This document shows positions 1-8,920 of a stretch of 24,705 nucleotides of DNA, piece after piece. The stretch comes from Saprospiraceae bacterium (GTDB taxonomy: Bacteria > Bacteroidota > Bacteroidia > Chitinophagales > Saprospiraceae), in contig JAYTMI010000429.1 of the NCBI GenBank assembly GCA_043728625.1, positions 1 through 24,705 of the forward strand, read 5' to 3'. Positions within the stretch are counted from its first letter, which is position 1. The number at the start of each line of letters is the position of its first letter. Both the position numbers and the translations under genes were made by a program. The notes below the pieces were generated by a model that worked only from the letters and a program-made list of their open reading frames with translations, had not been told where the DNA came from and searched no databases.

Positions 1-1262
1 GAAGGTCATTCTTCAAAAAAGCAGCGATAGCAACCGCCTTAACGAATCTTGCGCCTTTAACCACTTTTGGAAAAGGTTATGAAACAGCCATAGACAAAAC
101 GCCTAAAAATTCTGCACCCGCAGATTTAAAAATTACAGAAATCAAATGTGGGTATGTAAAAGGCAGTCTTTTTGTAAAAGTTCATACCAATCAAGGGATT
201 TGGGGCTGTGGCGAAGGTGTGGATGCGATTCCCGGCACCTATCACCTTGTCAAAAATTTTGAACAAAGAATAAAAGGAAAAAATCCGTTAAATGTACATC
301 GGCTTTTTGAAGACATTCGCCGGTCAGGTTTTTTTCAAGGGGCACAATCGGGTATGTATGTTGCGGTTTTGTCTGCCATCGAAACGGCATTATGGGATTT
401 GGCGGGCAAAGCCTTGAATTTACCAGTGTATCAATTATTGGGCGGCAAATTTCGAGATAAAGTTCGGGTGTATTGCGATACGGCTTTATACCAAAGAACC
501 CTTCCGACGCCTAAAGACTTCGCTGATGCGGCATTAAATGCAACGAAAATGGGTTTCAATGCCCTCAAATTCGACTTAGATCAAGCCAATGATCCCAATA
601 AATATGATGCCTACAATTGGACAGCAAGCCCGATGGAATTGCAACGCATGTATGACCAAATTGCTGCAGCCCGTCAAGCCGTCGGACCCAATATTGACAT
701 CTGCGTGGATATGCACGGACGTTACGATGCGCCCACAGGACAAGCCGTTGCCAAGTTATTAGAACCACTAAAACTGATGTGGTTGGAAGAGCCTATTCCT
801 GCTGAAAACGTTGAAGCCTATAAACTGATTACAGAATCTACAAGTACGCCCATTTGTGCGGGTGAAAATCATTATCTCGCCCATGGTTTCAGAAGACTTT
901 TGGAGATAGGTGCCGTGGATATTATCATGCCCGACTTACAAAAAGCAGGTGGATTGGGCGAAGGACAGCGCATTGCCAATCTCGCCAATCTTTATTACGT
1001 GCCTTTTGCGCCACACATGGTTGCCTCTTTTTTGGGGGCGATGGCTTCGGCTCATGTGTGCGCTTCTGTCCCTAATTTTTTGATTTTAGAATGGCAATCT
1101 TATTTTCATACCGACCCAATGTTCAAGGATATTGTCACGTATGAAGGCGAATGGGTCAATAAAAGCTTTATCACTGTTTCAGAAAAACCGGGCATTGGCG
1201 TAGAAATCAATGAAGAAGGCATGAAGAAATATGCAATTAAGGGTGTGCCGTTTTTTGAGTAA
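1..1262 (+). CDS. Mandelate racemase/muconate lactonizing enzyme family protein (galactonate/gluconate dehydratase-like), 5'-partial, with probable twin-arginine signal
   Basis: The frame of ORF 219..1262 is open back to the window start (RSFFKKAAIATALTNLAP...LKITEIKCGYVKGSLFVKVHTNQGIWGCGEG). Enolase-superfamily motifs: SAIETALWDLAGKA, LKFD, VDMHG, WLEEP, AGEN, APH. Confidence 0.9.
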   Translation, partial: RSFFKKAAIATALTNLAPLTTFGKGYETAIDKTPKNSAPADLKITEIKCGYVKGSLFVKVHTNQGIWGCGEGVDAIPGTYHLVKNFEQRIKGKNPLNVHRLFEDIRRSGFFQGAQSGMYVAVLSAIETALWDLAGKALNLPVYQLLGGKFRDKVRVYCDTALYQRTLPTPKDFADAALNATKMGFNALKFDLDQANDPNKYDAYNWTASPMELQRMYDQIAAARQAVGPNIDICVDMHGRYDAPTGQAVAKLLEPLKLMWLEEPIPAENVEAYKLITESTSTPICAGENHYLAHGFRRLLEIGAVDIIMPDLQKAGGLGEGQRIANLANLYYVPFAPHMVASFLGAMASAHVCASVPNFLILEWQSYFHTDPMFKDIVTYEGEWVNKSFITVSEKPGIGVEINEEGMKKYAIKGVPFFE

Positions 1263-1279
1263 AAACGCACCCCTCAGTA

Positions 1280-2299
1280 TCAACGCGTTAAGTTCATGAA
1301 AAGAGTCACATCATACGTCCATTCAGGGCGATATTGTTTCAAAAAGGTCTCGTGTCCAGCTTCGGGATATACGCTCATTGTCTTTTTAGTGCTTTGCAGA
1401 TTCGTGAAAATTTCACTTATTTCCGCTTCGCTGACCGTTTCATCTTTTCGACCGTACATCAAAAGAACTGGACACTGAACGGCTTTCGCATATTTTATCG
1501 GATTATGCCCGAATGCCCAAAAGCCATTCTGCACACCACCCCAAAAGACTAAAAGTCCTGCCATTGGGAAAGCAGGCACATTCATTCTATGAAATCTGGC
1601 TGCAGTCGTGGCATACATAGACCCAAAAGGATATTCTAAAATGATACCTTTTGGATGCATCTGAAAGTCGTGTTCGGCTTTCAGAATCGCCGCTGCACCC
1701 ATGGATGTTCCGAACAAATAAATAGCCGATTCGCCTTTTTGTTTCATAAAATCAAAACAGGACTTGACCTCTTCTGCTTCCTTAAACCCCACAGTCGTCT
1801 GAACGCCTTCGGAATCGCCCGCACCCATAAAGTCAACAATCAACGCATCATAACCCATTTGCAGAAAAACCTCTACTCTATTCAACATGGTTGATTTTTC
1901 ACCACTTAAACCATGAAAGAAAATGACCGTTCCTTTTTTGTCAGCCTCCTTTTGAAGTACACTTGCTGACCGAATCCACCACCCTTCAAGGCGTTTATTG
2001 CTCTGAATCGTCACTGTTTCATAAAGCCAAGGGGGAAATAATTTAGTGCGCGGCTTTGGATTGTCTATCCCCATAAACACCGTTTTTAGTATGCCACCTA
2101 TTGAAAGTTGCCTAACATCCTTTGTTTTTTCAATATTACTATCCGTAAAATGCGTAAATTTATAAGCATGAAAAAAGGCAATGATATTCATGAATATGAA
2201 TACCACTGCCAATGCTTTGAGAGCTTTTCGAATTTTTCTTTTGATTATAATTTTTTTTGTCATTGCCTCTTTCTTATCATGTTTTACTGAGGGGGTCAC
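1280..2299 (-). CDS. Alpha/beta hydrolase with N-terminal membrane anchor
   Basis: FHG oxyanion loop, GTSMG nucleophile elbow, Asp in GRKDE, His in AGHE. The GTG start overlaps the upstream stop (GTGA); an alternative ATG start is at 2263. Confidence 0.88.
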   Translation of the reverse strand: MTPSVKHDKKEAMTKKIIIKRKIRKALKALAVVFIFMNIIAFFHAYKFTHFTDSNIEKTKDVRQLSIGGILKTVFMGIDNPKPRTKLFPPWLYETVTIQSNKRLEGWWIRSASVLQKEADKKGTVIFFHGLSGEKSTMLNRVEVFLQMGYDALIVDFMGAGDSEGVQTTVGFKEAEEVKSCFDFMKQKGESAIYLFGTSMGAAAILKAEHDFQMHPKGIILEYPFGSMYATTAARFHRMNVPAFPMAGLLVFWGGVQNGFWAFGHNPIKYAKAVQCPVLLMYGRKDETVSEAEISEIFTNLQSTKKTMSVYPEAGHETFLKQYRPEWTYDVTLFMNLTR

Positions 2300-5200
2300 A
2301 ACTTCATAAAATCCTCCCCCAAAATCTTCTTTAAATAACGTATCAAATCCACGGCATTGTATTTATTAAAACACATCGGCGGTTTTATTTTTATCACATT
2401 GTTTTGAGGACCATCCACGCTGATGAGAATGCCATGCGTTTTCATACGATTTGCGAGATAAGCGGTTTTGTCTGTGGCGGGTATTTTATCTTTTTCGACC
2501 AATTCAAAACCTAAAAATAAACCTTCGCCACGTACATCACCGATGATGGGAAATTCTGTTTGCAATTTTCGTAGTTCAGATTTCAAAAACTCACCTATTT
2601 CAAAGGCATTTTCTTGCAAATGCTCTTCTTTTATCACTTTTAAGACAAATAAACCTATTGCAGAAGAAACAGGATTGCCCCCAAAAGTGTTGAAATATTC
2701 CATACCATTTGCAAAAGAAAGTGCAACAGCTTCTGTACAAGCGACCGCCGCCAAAGGATGCCCGTTGCCAATCGGCTTGCCCATCGTCACGATGTCGGGT
2801 ACAACGTCGTGGAGTTCAAAACCCCAAAACTTCTTCCCGACTCGACCAAAACCGACCTGCACTTCGTCAGCAATACATACGCCGCCTGCTTTACGAACAG
2901 ATGCGTAGGCGAGTTTCAAATAATTGTCGGGCAAGTCAATTTGTCCACCACAACTCACGATGCTTTCAGCAATAAAGGCAGATACACCGCGACCTTTTGC
3001 TTTGATATTTTCAATGGCTTCGTCCACATGAGCCGCATAACGTGCGCCTGTTTCGCTTTTATCACCTTGATAGAGACCTCTGAAACTATCGGGTAAGGGG
3101 ACAATATGTGTGTGTTCGGGCTTTCCCTTGCCGCCTTTACCATCAAATTTGTAAGAACTGATGTTGATACAGCCGTTTGTATTGCCATGATAACCGATTT
3201 CAAGGGCAATGATGTCCTTTTGACCTGTAATGGCTTGTGCCATACGCATCGCCAATTCGTTGGCTTCGCTGCCTGAGTTGACGAAATGCAATACAGACAA
3301 TTCTTTAGGCAATTTAGTTGCCAATTCCTTAGCAAAATCGAGAATATTGTCGTGCAAATAACGTGTATTGGTGTTCAAAACCGCCATTTGTTGCTGTCCC
3401 GCCTTTACGACTGAGGGGTGTTCATGCCCAACGTGCGCCACATTATTAACGGTGTCCAAATAACGCCTGCCTGTATCGTCAATCAAATATTGACGCTCGC
3501 CACGTTCTATTTTTAGCGGTTTTTCATAAGAAATGCTTAGACTTTTGCCCAAATGTTTTTTTCTGAAAGCCAATAATGTTTCATGTGACGCTTTTTCCAA
3601 AGGTTTAAGTTGTTCATTTTTAAAAAAAACATTAGGGTCAGGCGAAATAGACGACCACACGTTTATCGTATTCGGCGAAGCCACACCGTTGAAGTTGTTT
3701 TCATAGCCCATCAAATCCAAAATAATTTGAAAATGAAGGTGCGGTGTCCAATTGCCATTTTCGGAAGGGTTGCCCAATTCACCAATCTTTTTGCCTTTTT
3801 TAAACTTTTTACTGAGGGGGGCATTTTCTATACTGCGTTTGCTCAAATGACCATAAAGCGTATAAAAAACGCCTTTTTTATCGAATTTATGCTTCAAAAT
3901 AATGAGACCGCCATAATCTTTATCAGCAATATTATAGACTGAAGCGACGACTTCACCATCAAAAAGCGCATGAACAGGTGTTTTTTCTTGTTGCCAAAAA
4001 TCAATACCTAAGTGCATCGTTCTATATTCATATCCATTATTGCCCTCCTTTTCAAATGCTTTTGTGGCATACAACGGACGCGGTTCTAAATAGCCGCCAG
4101 CAAGTAGCGCGTTGGGGTATTCGGCTTCCAGTTGATTGATTTTATTTGTAAAAATAGTTGTATTTTTATATTCGGCATAATTGCCTAAAAACAAACTACT
4201 GATACTTAAATTCAATTTATAAACACTTGAAAATGAAATAGTTGGCAATAAATTATGTACGCTTAGTTGTTGTGTTGCCGCCCAATCTTCAAACGCTTTT
4301 TGATGCGGTACGGGCGTAAAACCACATGCAGAACGAAATGAAAAGTGTGCGTACTGAGGGGGTATATTTTTCCATTTAAACAACAAATCCCAAGCGGTTT
4401 TTTCGCTAATCAATAGATATTCATTGTCGGGTTCTTCAATTTTATTGATCGCTGATTTTGTTACGCTAATCGTCAAACGCATAGCGGTTAAGGTGTAAAG
4501 CATAGACAATTCACGCTCTTCTAAAGGAAATTTGCTGTGATAACCCGCCACCAAAGGTAAAGCAGCCGCCAAAGGATCGGGCTGTCCCATGATAGCATAC
4601 GCCAATGCGACCGCTAAATCGTTGATGGTTTGCGTATAAACCGCGTCGCCATAATCTATGACCGCCAATACTGAGGGGTCTATCAAATCATCAGTGACGA
4701 TGATATTATTGTCATTGGCATCGTTGTGGATGACGGACTTTCTTAACGTTTTATACTCTTTTTTAAAATCAACAAATTGGTTTAAATAAAAAGTCAAACA
4801 GGTTCTTTGTTTATAATTAAAAAGGTTTAAATGTTCAGAAACCCAAGACGCTTGTGCGATGTCCCATTGGAAAGGACGAGATGCGTGTGGGTGCGTAAAA
4901 TCGTTTAAAATCTGTGTTATTTCACCACATTTTTCACCCAAGCTATACCTCAAATCATCTAATTGAGGGTTGACTGTTGACATTAATCGTCCAGAAACCC
5001 ATTTTAACAAACGTATTTTTCGTGTTTTATCATAATTATCAAGCAAAACGATGTCATTTTCACCTGTTTTCGTTTTAACTATTTTAGGATATAAAAAATC
5101 AGGACTTTTGCTATTGATATGTAGTAACAGTTTTTGTTGAAAATCAAAATTCGTCTCTGACACATCGGGGCGGCTTATTTTTAAGATAAAATTGTCTCCA

Positions 5201-5343
5201 TTTTCTGTTTTAACTTTATAGTTAAAATCTATTTCGCCGACTTGTTTTTGGGCTTTTCCGATGATGCCATAATGCTGTTCGCACAAGGCTTCTACTTGTT
5301 CGTTTGTGAAAAGGAGGTCTTGATAGTTGATTTGTTCTTGCAT
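2296..5343 (-). CDS. Fusion: aminoglycoside-phosphotransferase-like (hydroxylysine kinase-like) kinase + M23 peptidase-like domain + class III PLP aminotransferase/phospho-lyase
   Basis: Kinase motifs IHNDANDNN and VIDYGD; M23 motifs HLGIDF, YGHLS, PHLHFQI; class III motifs FVNSGSEANE, ADEVQVGFGRVG, TMGKPIGNG. Confidence 0.9.
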   Translation of the reverse strand: MQEQINYQDLLFTNEQVEALCEQHYGIIGKAQKQVGEIDFNYKVKTENGDNFILKISRPDVSETNFDFQQKLLLHINSKSPDFLYPKIVKTKTGENDIVLLDNYDKTRKIRLLKWVSGRLMSTVNPQLDDLRYSLGEKCGEITQILNDFTHPHASRPFQWDIAQASWVSEHLNLFNYKQRTCLTFYLNQFVDFKKEYKTLRKSVIHNDANDNNIIVTDDLIDPSVLAVIDYGDAVYTQTINDLAVALAYAIMGQPDPLAAALPLVAGYHSKFPLEERELSMLYTLTAMRLTISVTKSAINKIEEPDNEYLLISEKTAWDLLFKWKNIPPQYAHFSFRSACGFTPVPHQKAFEDWAATQQLSVHNLLPTISFSSVYKLNLSISSLFLGNYAEYKNTTIFTNKINQLEAEYPNALLAGGYLEPRPLYATKAFEKEGNNGYEYRTMHLGIDFWQQEKTPVHALFDGEVVASVYNIADKDYGGLIILKHKFDKKGVFYTLYGHLSKRSIENAPLSKKFKKGKKIGELGNPSENGNWTPHLHFQIILDLMGYENNFNGVASPNTINVWSSISPDPNVFFKNEQLKPLEKASHETLLAFRKKHLGKSLSISYEKPLKIERGERQYLIDDTGRRYLDTVNNVAHVGHEHPSVVKAGQQQMAVLNTNTRYLHDNILDFAKELATKLPKELSVLHFVNSGSEANELAMRMAQAITGQKDIIALEIGYHGNTNGCINISSYKFDGKGGKGKPEHTHIVPLPDSFRGLYQGDKSETGARYAAHVDEAIENIKAKGRGVSAFIAESIVSCGGQIDLPDNYLKLAYASVRKAGGVCIADEVQVGFGRVGKKFWGFELHDVVPDIVTMGKPIGNGHPLAAVACTEAVALSFANGMEYFNTFGGNPVSSAIGLFVLKVIKEEHLQENAFEIGEFLKSELRKLQTEFPIIGDVRGEGLFLGFELVEKDKIPATDKTAYLANRMKTHGILISVDGPQNNVIKIKPPMCFNKYNAVDLIRYLKKILGEDFMKL

Positions 5344-5363
5344 AAAAAATTTTATTAGATTAC

Positions 5364-5436
5364 ATGGTAAAACGAGTTAAAACCCGTTAAATTATAAATT
5401 ATCAGATACATCACGGGTTAAAACCCGTTTTACCAT
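5364..5436. repeat. REP-like palindrome doublet forming a 24-bp imperfect inverted repeat
   Basis: ACGAGTTAAAACCCGT (5372-5387) and ACGGGTTAAAACCCGT (5413-5428). Outer arms 5364-5387 and 5413-5436 are reverse complements with 3 mismatches. Confidence 0.7.
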
Positions 5437-5461
5437 AACCGCTAAGTAATTACATATAGAT

Positions 5462-5578
5462 TTACAAAATCCGACATTTCATAACCAAACGGGTATCTTG
5501 CCAAACATTGTCTGGACTGATATACGTGTCATTATTGGGTAGTTCTGTTAAACCCTTTTTTGTGATGCTGTTAGCCAT
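5462..5578 (-). CDS. Possible 38-aa small ORF or gene remnant (MANSITKKGLTELPNNDTYISPDNVWQDTRLVMKCRIL)
   Basis: ATG at 5578 with an A-rich leader, TAA at 5462. No family recognised. Confidence 0.25.
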   Translation of the reverse strand: MANSITKKGLTELPNNDTYISPDNVWQDTRLVMKCRIL

Positions 5579-5734
5579 ACTCTTTTCAATTAATATTTTG
5601 CCCTTTAACGGTGCAAATAAACTACAATTAGCTATTTTCATTGCGACTTTTGAAAAAAAATGGTAAAAAAACTGTATTTTGTATCCTTGTAACAGGATTC
5701 AAATTCATACTTTTACCAATTAAAATCAATAGTC

Positions 5735-5920
5735 ATGTCAAAAAGAAAAACACGGAGTTATCACTCCCCCACGACAAGCTCGAATCGTACTTCTAAAGAA
5801 CCGAGTAAAGCACAACGTGCCAAAGACACGAAAGATGCTAAAAAGTTTTTTATTGTTTTAATCATTGGAACAATACTTTTGGTGTCGTTTCTTTACTTTA
5901 TTCTTATTGGAAGGGGGTGA
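5735..5920 (+). CDS. Small hypothetical membrane protein (basic N-terminus, one C-terminal TM helix)
   Basis: 61 aa, A-rich leader, hydrophobic FFIVLIIGTILLVSFLYFILIG, followed by a hairpin terminator. Confidence 0.65.
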   Translation: MSKRKTRSYHSPTTSSNRTSKEPSKAQRAKDTKDAKKFFIVLIIGTILLVSFLYFILIGRG

Positions 5921-5954
5921 TTTATTCAATAGCTCTCCATCAGTATAAATGTTC

Positions 5955-5988
5955 AAATGCCTTACAAGATCTAATTTGTAAGGCATTT
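5955..5988. terminator. Intrinsic terminator hairpin
   Basis: AAATGCCTTACAA-gatctaat-TTGTAAGGCATTT, 13-bp perfect stem. Confidence 0.7.
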
Positions 5989-6022
5989 CAATCATTTAAT
6001 AGCGTGTTTTTGAAAAAATGGA

Positions 6023-6030
6023 TACTTTTG
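6023..6030 (+). promoter_or_regulatory. Bacteroidota housekeeping -7 box (TACTTTTG)
   Basis: Matches TAnnTTTG, 35 nt upstream of ATG 6066. Confidence 0.5.
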
Positions 6031-6065
6031 TAAAAAACTATTTTTAATTTAAAAAAATCTCAAAT

Positions 6066-6308
6066 ATGAATGTTGCAGAAATGAAAATAGAGATGATAAG
6101 CATCCTAGCCCAAACTCAAAGCGAAGATAAAATCGTCCAGTTTTATGAAAAAATTCATGAAGTTGTGGATAAACCAGAAGCTGATTGGTGGGACGATTTA
6201 TCGCCTTTGCAACAACAGCAATTGGTTCATTCGTTAGAGGAAAGTAAAAATCCAGAGAATTGGATTGATTATTCTGATATTAAGAAAAAATATGCCCATT
6301 ACTTTTAG
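6066..6308 (+). CDS. Small hypothetical protein, addiction-module antitoxin-like
   Basis: 80 aa with DWWDDLSPLQQQQLVHSLEE...IDYSDIKKKY. This resembles, from memory, small Bacteroidota proteins usually encoded next to RelE/ParE toxins. Confidence 0.6.
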   Translation: MNVAEMKIEMISILAQTQSEDKIVQFYEKIHEVVDKPEADWWDDLSPLQQQQLVHSLEESKNPENWIDYSDIKKKYAHYF

Positions 6309-6372
6309 AATAAAGAGAATTGAATTATCGTTTAACCTCCCTTAAAGTCGTCTATTAATTTTCAGAAGATCA

Positions 6373-8097
6373 ATGTTCAAAAAATTCAAATCGAACCGTT
6401 CTCAATCGCTCATTACGCTCCTTTTAGTAGCGATTATTCTCATCGTTGTCAACATCATTGCCAATAGTTTCAACAGCCATATTGACTTGACGGAAGAAGG
6501 TCGTTTTACGGTGACAGAACCGACAAAACGGCTTTTGAAGTCGGTCAAAGACCCTATTTTAGTCCGTATTTTGCTCGATGGTAAATTTCCCGCAGGATTC
6601 AAACGTCTTCAATCTTCGACGCGGGAAATGCTTGAAGATTTTCATAAAATCAACAGCACTGTCGAATACAAATTTGAAGACCCCTCAGTAATTGGCAATC
6701 CTGACGAAAAGAAAAAACGGTATGAGGAAATGGCTAAAGAAGGTCTTGTTCCTATGCGTTTGCGGGTTGTTGACGACAAGGAAAAGACCGAACAATACAT
6801 TTTCCCTTATGCAATTCTCAATTATCACGGCAATGATGTGGTGGTTAAACTCTTAGAAAATGATGTGCCGGGCATGAATCCAGAAATGTCATTGAACAAT
6901 TCTATTGCCCTTTTGGAGTATAAATTGTCCAATGCCATTCAAAAATTGATGGAAAATCATAAGCCTTTTATCCTTTTTACGGAGGGGCATGATGAATTGA
7001 AAAAAGAGGAAACGGCGGATTTAGAACAAACTTTGAATGCGTTTTACAGAACAGGACGCTTGAATTTGGATAGTATTACGATGATTCCATTCAAAGATTC
7101 CTTCAATCGAGTTGATGTTTTAGTGATTGCTAAACCCAAAACAGCGTTTTCAGAAAAGCAAAAATTTCAAATTGATCAATACATCATGGAAGGCGGTAAG
7201 GTTATTTGGCTTATTGACCGCTTAAACGCTGACTTGGTAGGTATGCAAAAAACAGGTGAAATGATACCTGTTGATTATCCATTAAATATTGAAGACCAAT
7301 TGTTTAAGTATGGTGCGCGCATCAATCCGAATATGGTTTTAGATATGCGCTGCGCTAAAATACCTTTGAAAGTCGGTGCCAGTGGCAATGCACCACAAAT
7401 GGATATGTTCGATTGGTACTACTACCCTCTGGCTTCGCCCAATGACAAACATCCAGTGACAAAAAGCCTCGATTTGGTTTGGTTGCAATTTCCTGCTTCG
7501 ATTGATACGATTCGGACAAAATCAGATATTTTAAAAACATCGCTTTTGGTTTCTTCAAAAGCCAGTCGGACGCAATTTGCACCGACAAAACTGAATTTTG
7601 AAATTCTGCGATACCGTGCGGAACCCGACAAATTCAATAAAGGTTTTCAACCGATGGCAGTTATGCTCGAAGGCACATTTACAAGCCTTTACGAAAATCG
7701 AGTTACGACAGAACAAACTGCTGTTTTGCAACAATTGGGTTTAGAATATGCCCCCCTCAGTAAAAATACCAAAATGCTGGTCGTCGCAGACGGTGATATT
7801 GCAAAGAATGAATACGATTTCAAGCAAAACGCCATGCTGCCCTTAGGCTACAATCGTTATGTGAATTATAAATTTGCGAATAAAGATTTTTTGCAAAATA
7901 GCATCGAATATATGCTCGACGACAAAGGCATCATCGCCGCCAGAAGTAAAGAAGTCAAACTCCGTTTGATGGATAAGGAAATGGCTGATGAGAATGCGAC
8001 GGGCATTAGATTGGTCAATATTCTTATACCATTGCTTTTGATTGGTCTATTTGGCATGCTGTTTATGTGGCGCAGGAAGAAACGTTATGCGGTTTAG
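6373..8097 (+). CDS. gldG: Gliding motility-associated ABC transporter auxiliary protein GldG
   Basis: N-terminal TM then IDLTEEGRFT; LEYKLSNAI; FTEGHDEL; IDQYIMEGGKVIWLID; C-terminal IEYMLDDKGIIAARSKEVKLRLMD plus TM and WRRKKRY. Confidence 0.93.
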   Translation: MFKKFKSNRSQSLITLLLVAIILIVVNIIANSFNSHIDLTEEGRFTVTEPTKRLLKSVKDPILVRILLDGKFPAGFKRLQSSTREMLEDFHKINSTVEYKFEDPSVIGNPDEKKKRYEEMAKEGLVPMRLRVVDDKEKTEQYIFPYAILNYHGNDVVVKLLENDVPGMNPEMSLNNSIALLEYKLSNAIQKLMENHKPFILFTEGHDELKKEETADLEQTLNAFYRTGRLNLDSITMIPFKDSFNRVDVLVIAKPKTAFSEKQKFQIDQYIMEGGKVIWLIDRLNADLVGMQKTGEMIPVDYPLNIEDQLFKYGARINPNMVLDMRCAKIPLKVGASGNAPQMDMFDWYYYPLASPNDKHPVTKSLDLVWLQFPASIDTIRTKSDILKTSLLVSSKASRTQFAPTKLNFEILRYRAEPDKFNKGFQPMAVMLEGTFTSLYENRVTTEQTAVLQQLGLEYAPLSKNTKMLVVADGDIAKNEYDFKQNAMLPLGYNRYVNYKFANKDFLQNSIEYMLDDKGIIAARSKEVKLRLMDKEMADENATGIRLVNILIPLLLIGLFGMLFMWRRKKRYAV

Positions 8098-8098
8098 G

Positions 8099-8159
8099 GA
8101 TTGGTTATTGGGGATTGGTTATTAGTCCAAAACGAATAACCAATCCCCAATAACCAATC
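8099..8159. repeat. Heptad-period perfect 25-bp inverted repeat between convergent gldG and ribA (probable bidirectional terminator)
   Basis: GATTGGTTATTGGGGATTGGTTATT (8099-8123), 11-nt loop, AATAACCAATCCCCAATAACCAATC (8135-8159). Confidence 0.85.
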
Positions 8160-8760
8160 ACAAGTTAAGCAAATGCCCCATGGCGTTTTGCTTGGTTTTC
8201 AGATAAAAAGCGTTTTCTTCTCTGGGCGCAATGAGGATAGGTAAACGTTCGACGACCTTGATGCCGCCTTTTTCTAAATAATTGACTTTCAAGGGATTAT
8301 TGGTTAGCAAAGCAACTTTCTTTATATCTAAACTTTGAAGAATGGCAATCGCATCGTCATATTGACGCTCATCACCTTCAAAACCCAAATGTAAATTGGC
8401 TTCAAGTGTATTAAATCCTTTGTCTTGCAAATTGTAGGCTTTTAGCTTATTGATGAGACCTATACCACGCCCTTCTTGTCGTAAATAAATGACCAAACCA
8501 CCTCGTTCAGCTGCTAAGCGCATTGCATAATCCAATTGTTCTCCACAATCACAACGGTTAGAATGAAAAACATCGCCCGTCATACATTCAGAATGAATAC
8601 GAACGATGGTTGGCTCATTTAATGGGTTGAAACTTTCGTGAACTATAGCTAAATGTGGTGCATTGTCATTGGAGCTACGTGAATATGCAATCATTCGAAA
8701 ATTACCCCAATCCGTAGGTAACAGAACGTCAACTTGTCTTTTCAAAGGTGTCTTACTCAT
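8158..8760 (-). CDS. ribA: GTP cyclohydrolase II (stand-alone)
   Basis: VRIHSECMTGDVFHSNRCDCGEQL, YLRQEGRGIGL, LLTNNPLK, YLKTKQNAMGH. Confidence 0.97.
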   Translation of the reverse strand: MSKTPLKRQVDVLLPTDWGNFRMIAYSRSSNDNAPHLAIVHESFNPLNEPTIVRIHSECMTGDVFHSNRCDCGEQLDYAMRLAAERGGLVIYLRQEGRGIGLINKLKAYNLQDKGFNTLEANLHLGFEGDERQYDDAIAILQSLDIKKVALLTNNPLKVNYLEKGGIKVVERLPILIAPREENAFYLKTKQNAMGHLLNL

Positions 8761-8778
8761 TTATTCATATTTCTTGCG

Positions 8779-8786
8779 CAAAGATA
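8779..8786 (-). promoter_or_regulatory. -7 box TATCTTTG for ribA
   Basis: + strand CAAAGATA is TAnnTTTG on the minus strand, 18 nt before the start codon. Confidence 0.65.
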
Positions 8787-8853
8787 GAAAAATCATTGCA
8801 TTGGTTGAACAGCCTAAAGGGGATAAGGTTCAGATTAAGATTAGAAAAAAGGA

Positions 8854-8891
8854 ACAGCCCTAAAAATGTCTAATGACATTTTTAGGGCTGT
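8854..8891 (-). terminator. Intrinsic terminator
   Basis: ACAGCCCTAAAAATGTC-taat-GACATTTTTAGGGCTGT, 17-bp stem with a U-run on the minus strand. Confidence 0.8.
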
Positions 8892-8920
8892 GTTAATCGT
8901 ATTCAAAAAAAAACTTTCTG

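Noticed and set aside
5937-5945. CCATCAGTA (also near 17270) as motif copies
   Set aside because: They need an indel or two or more mismatches, which is compatible with chance, so they were not counted.
8761-8920. FMN riboswitch upstream of ribA
   Set aside because: No RFN consensus is visible, and the -7 box is only 18 nt from the start codon, leaving no room for an aptamer.
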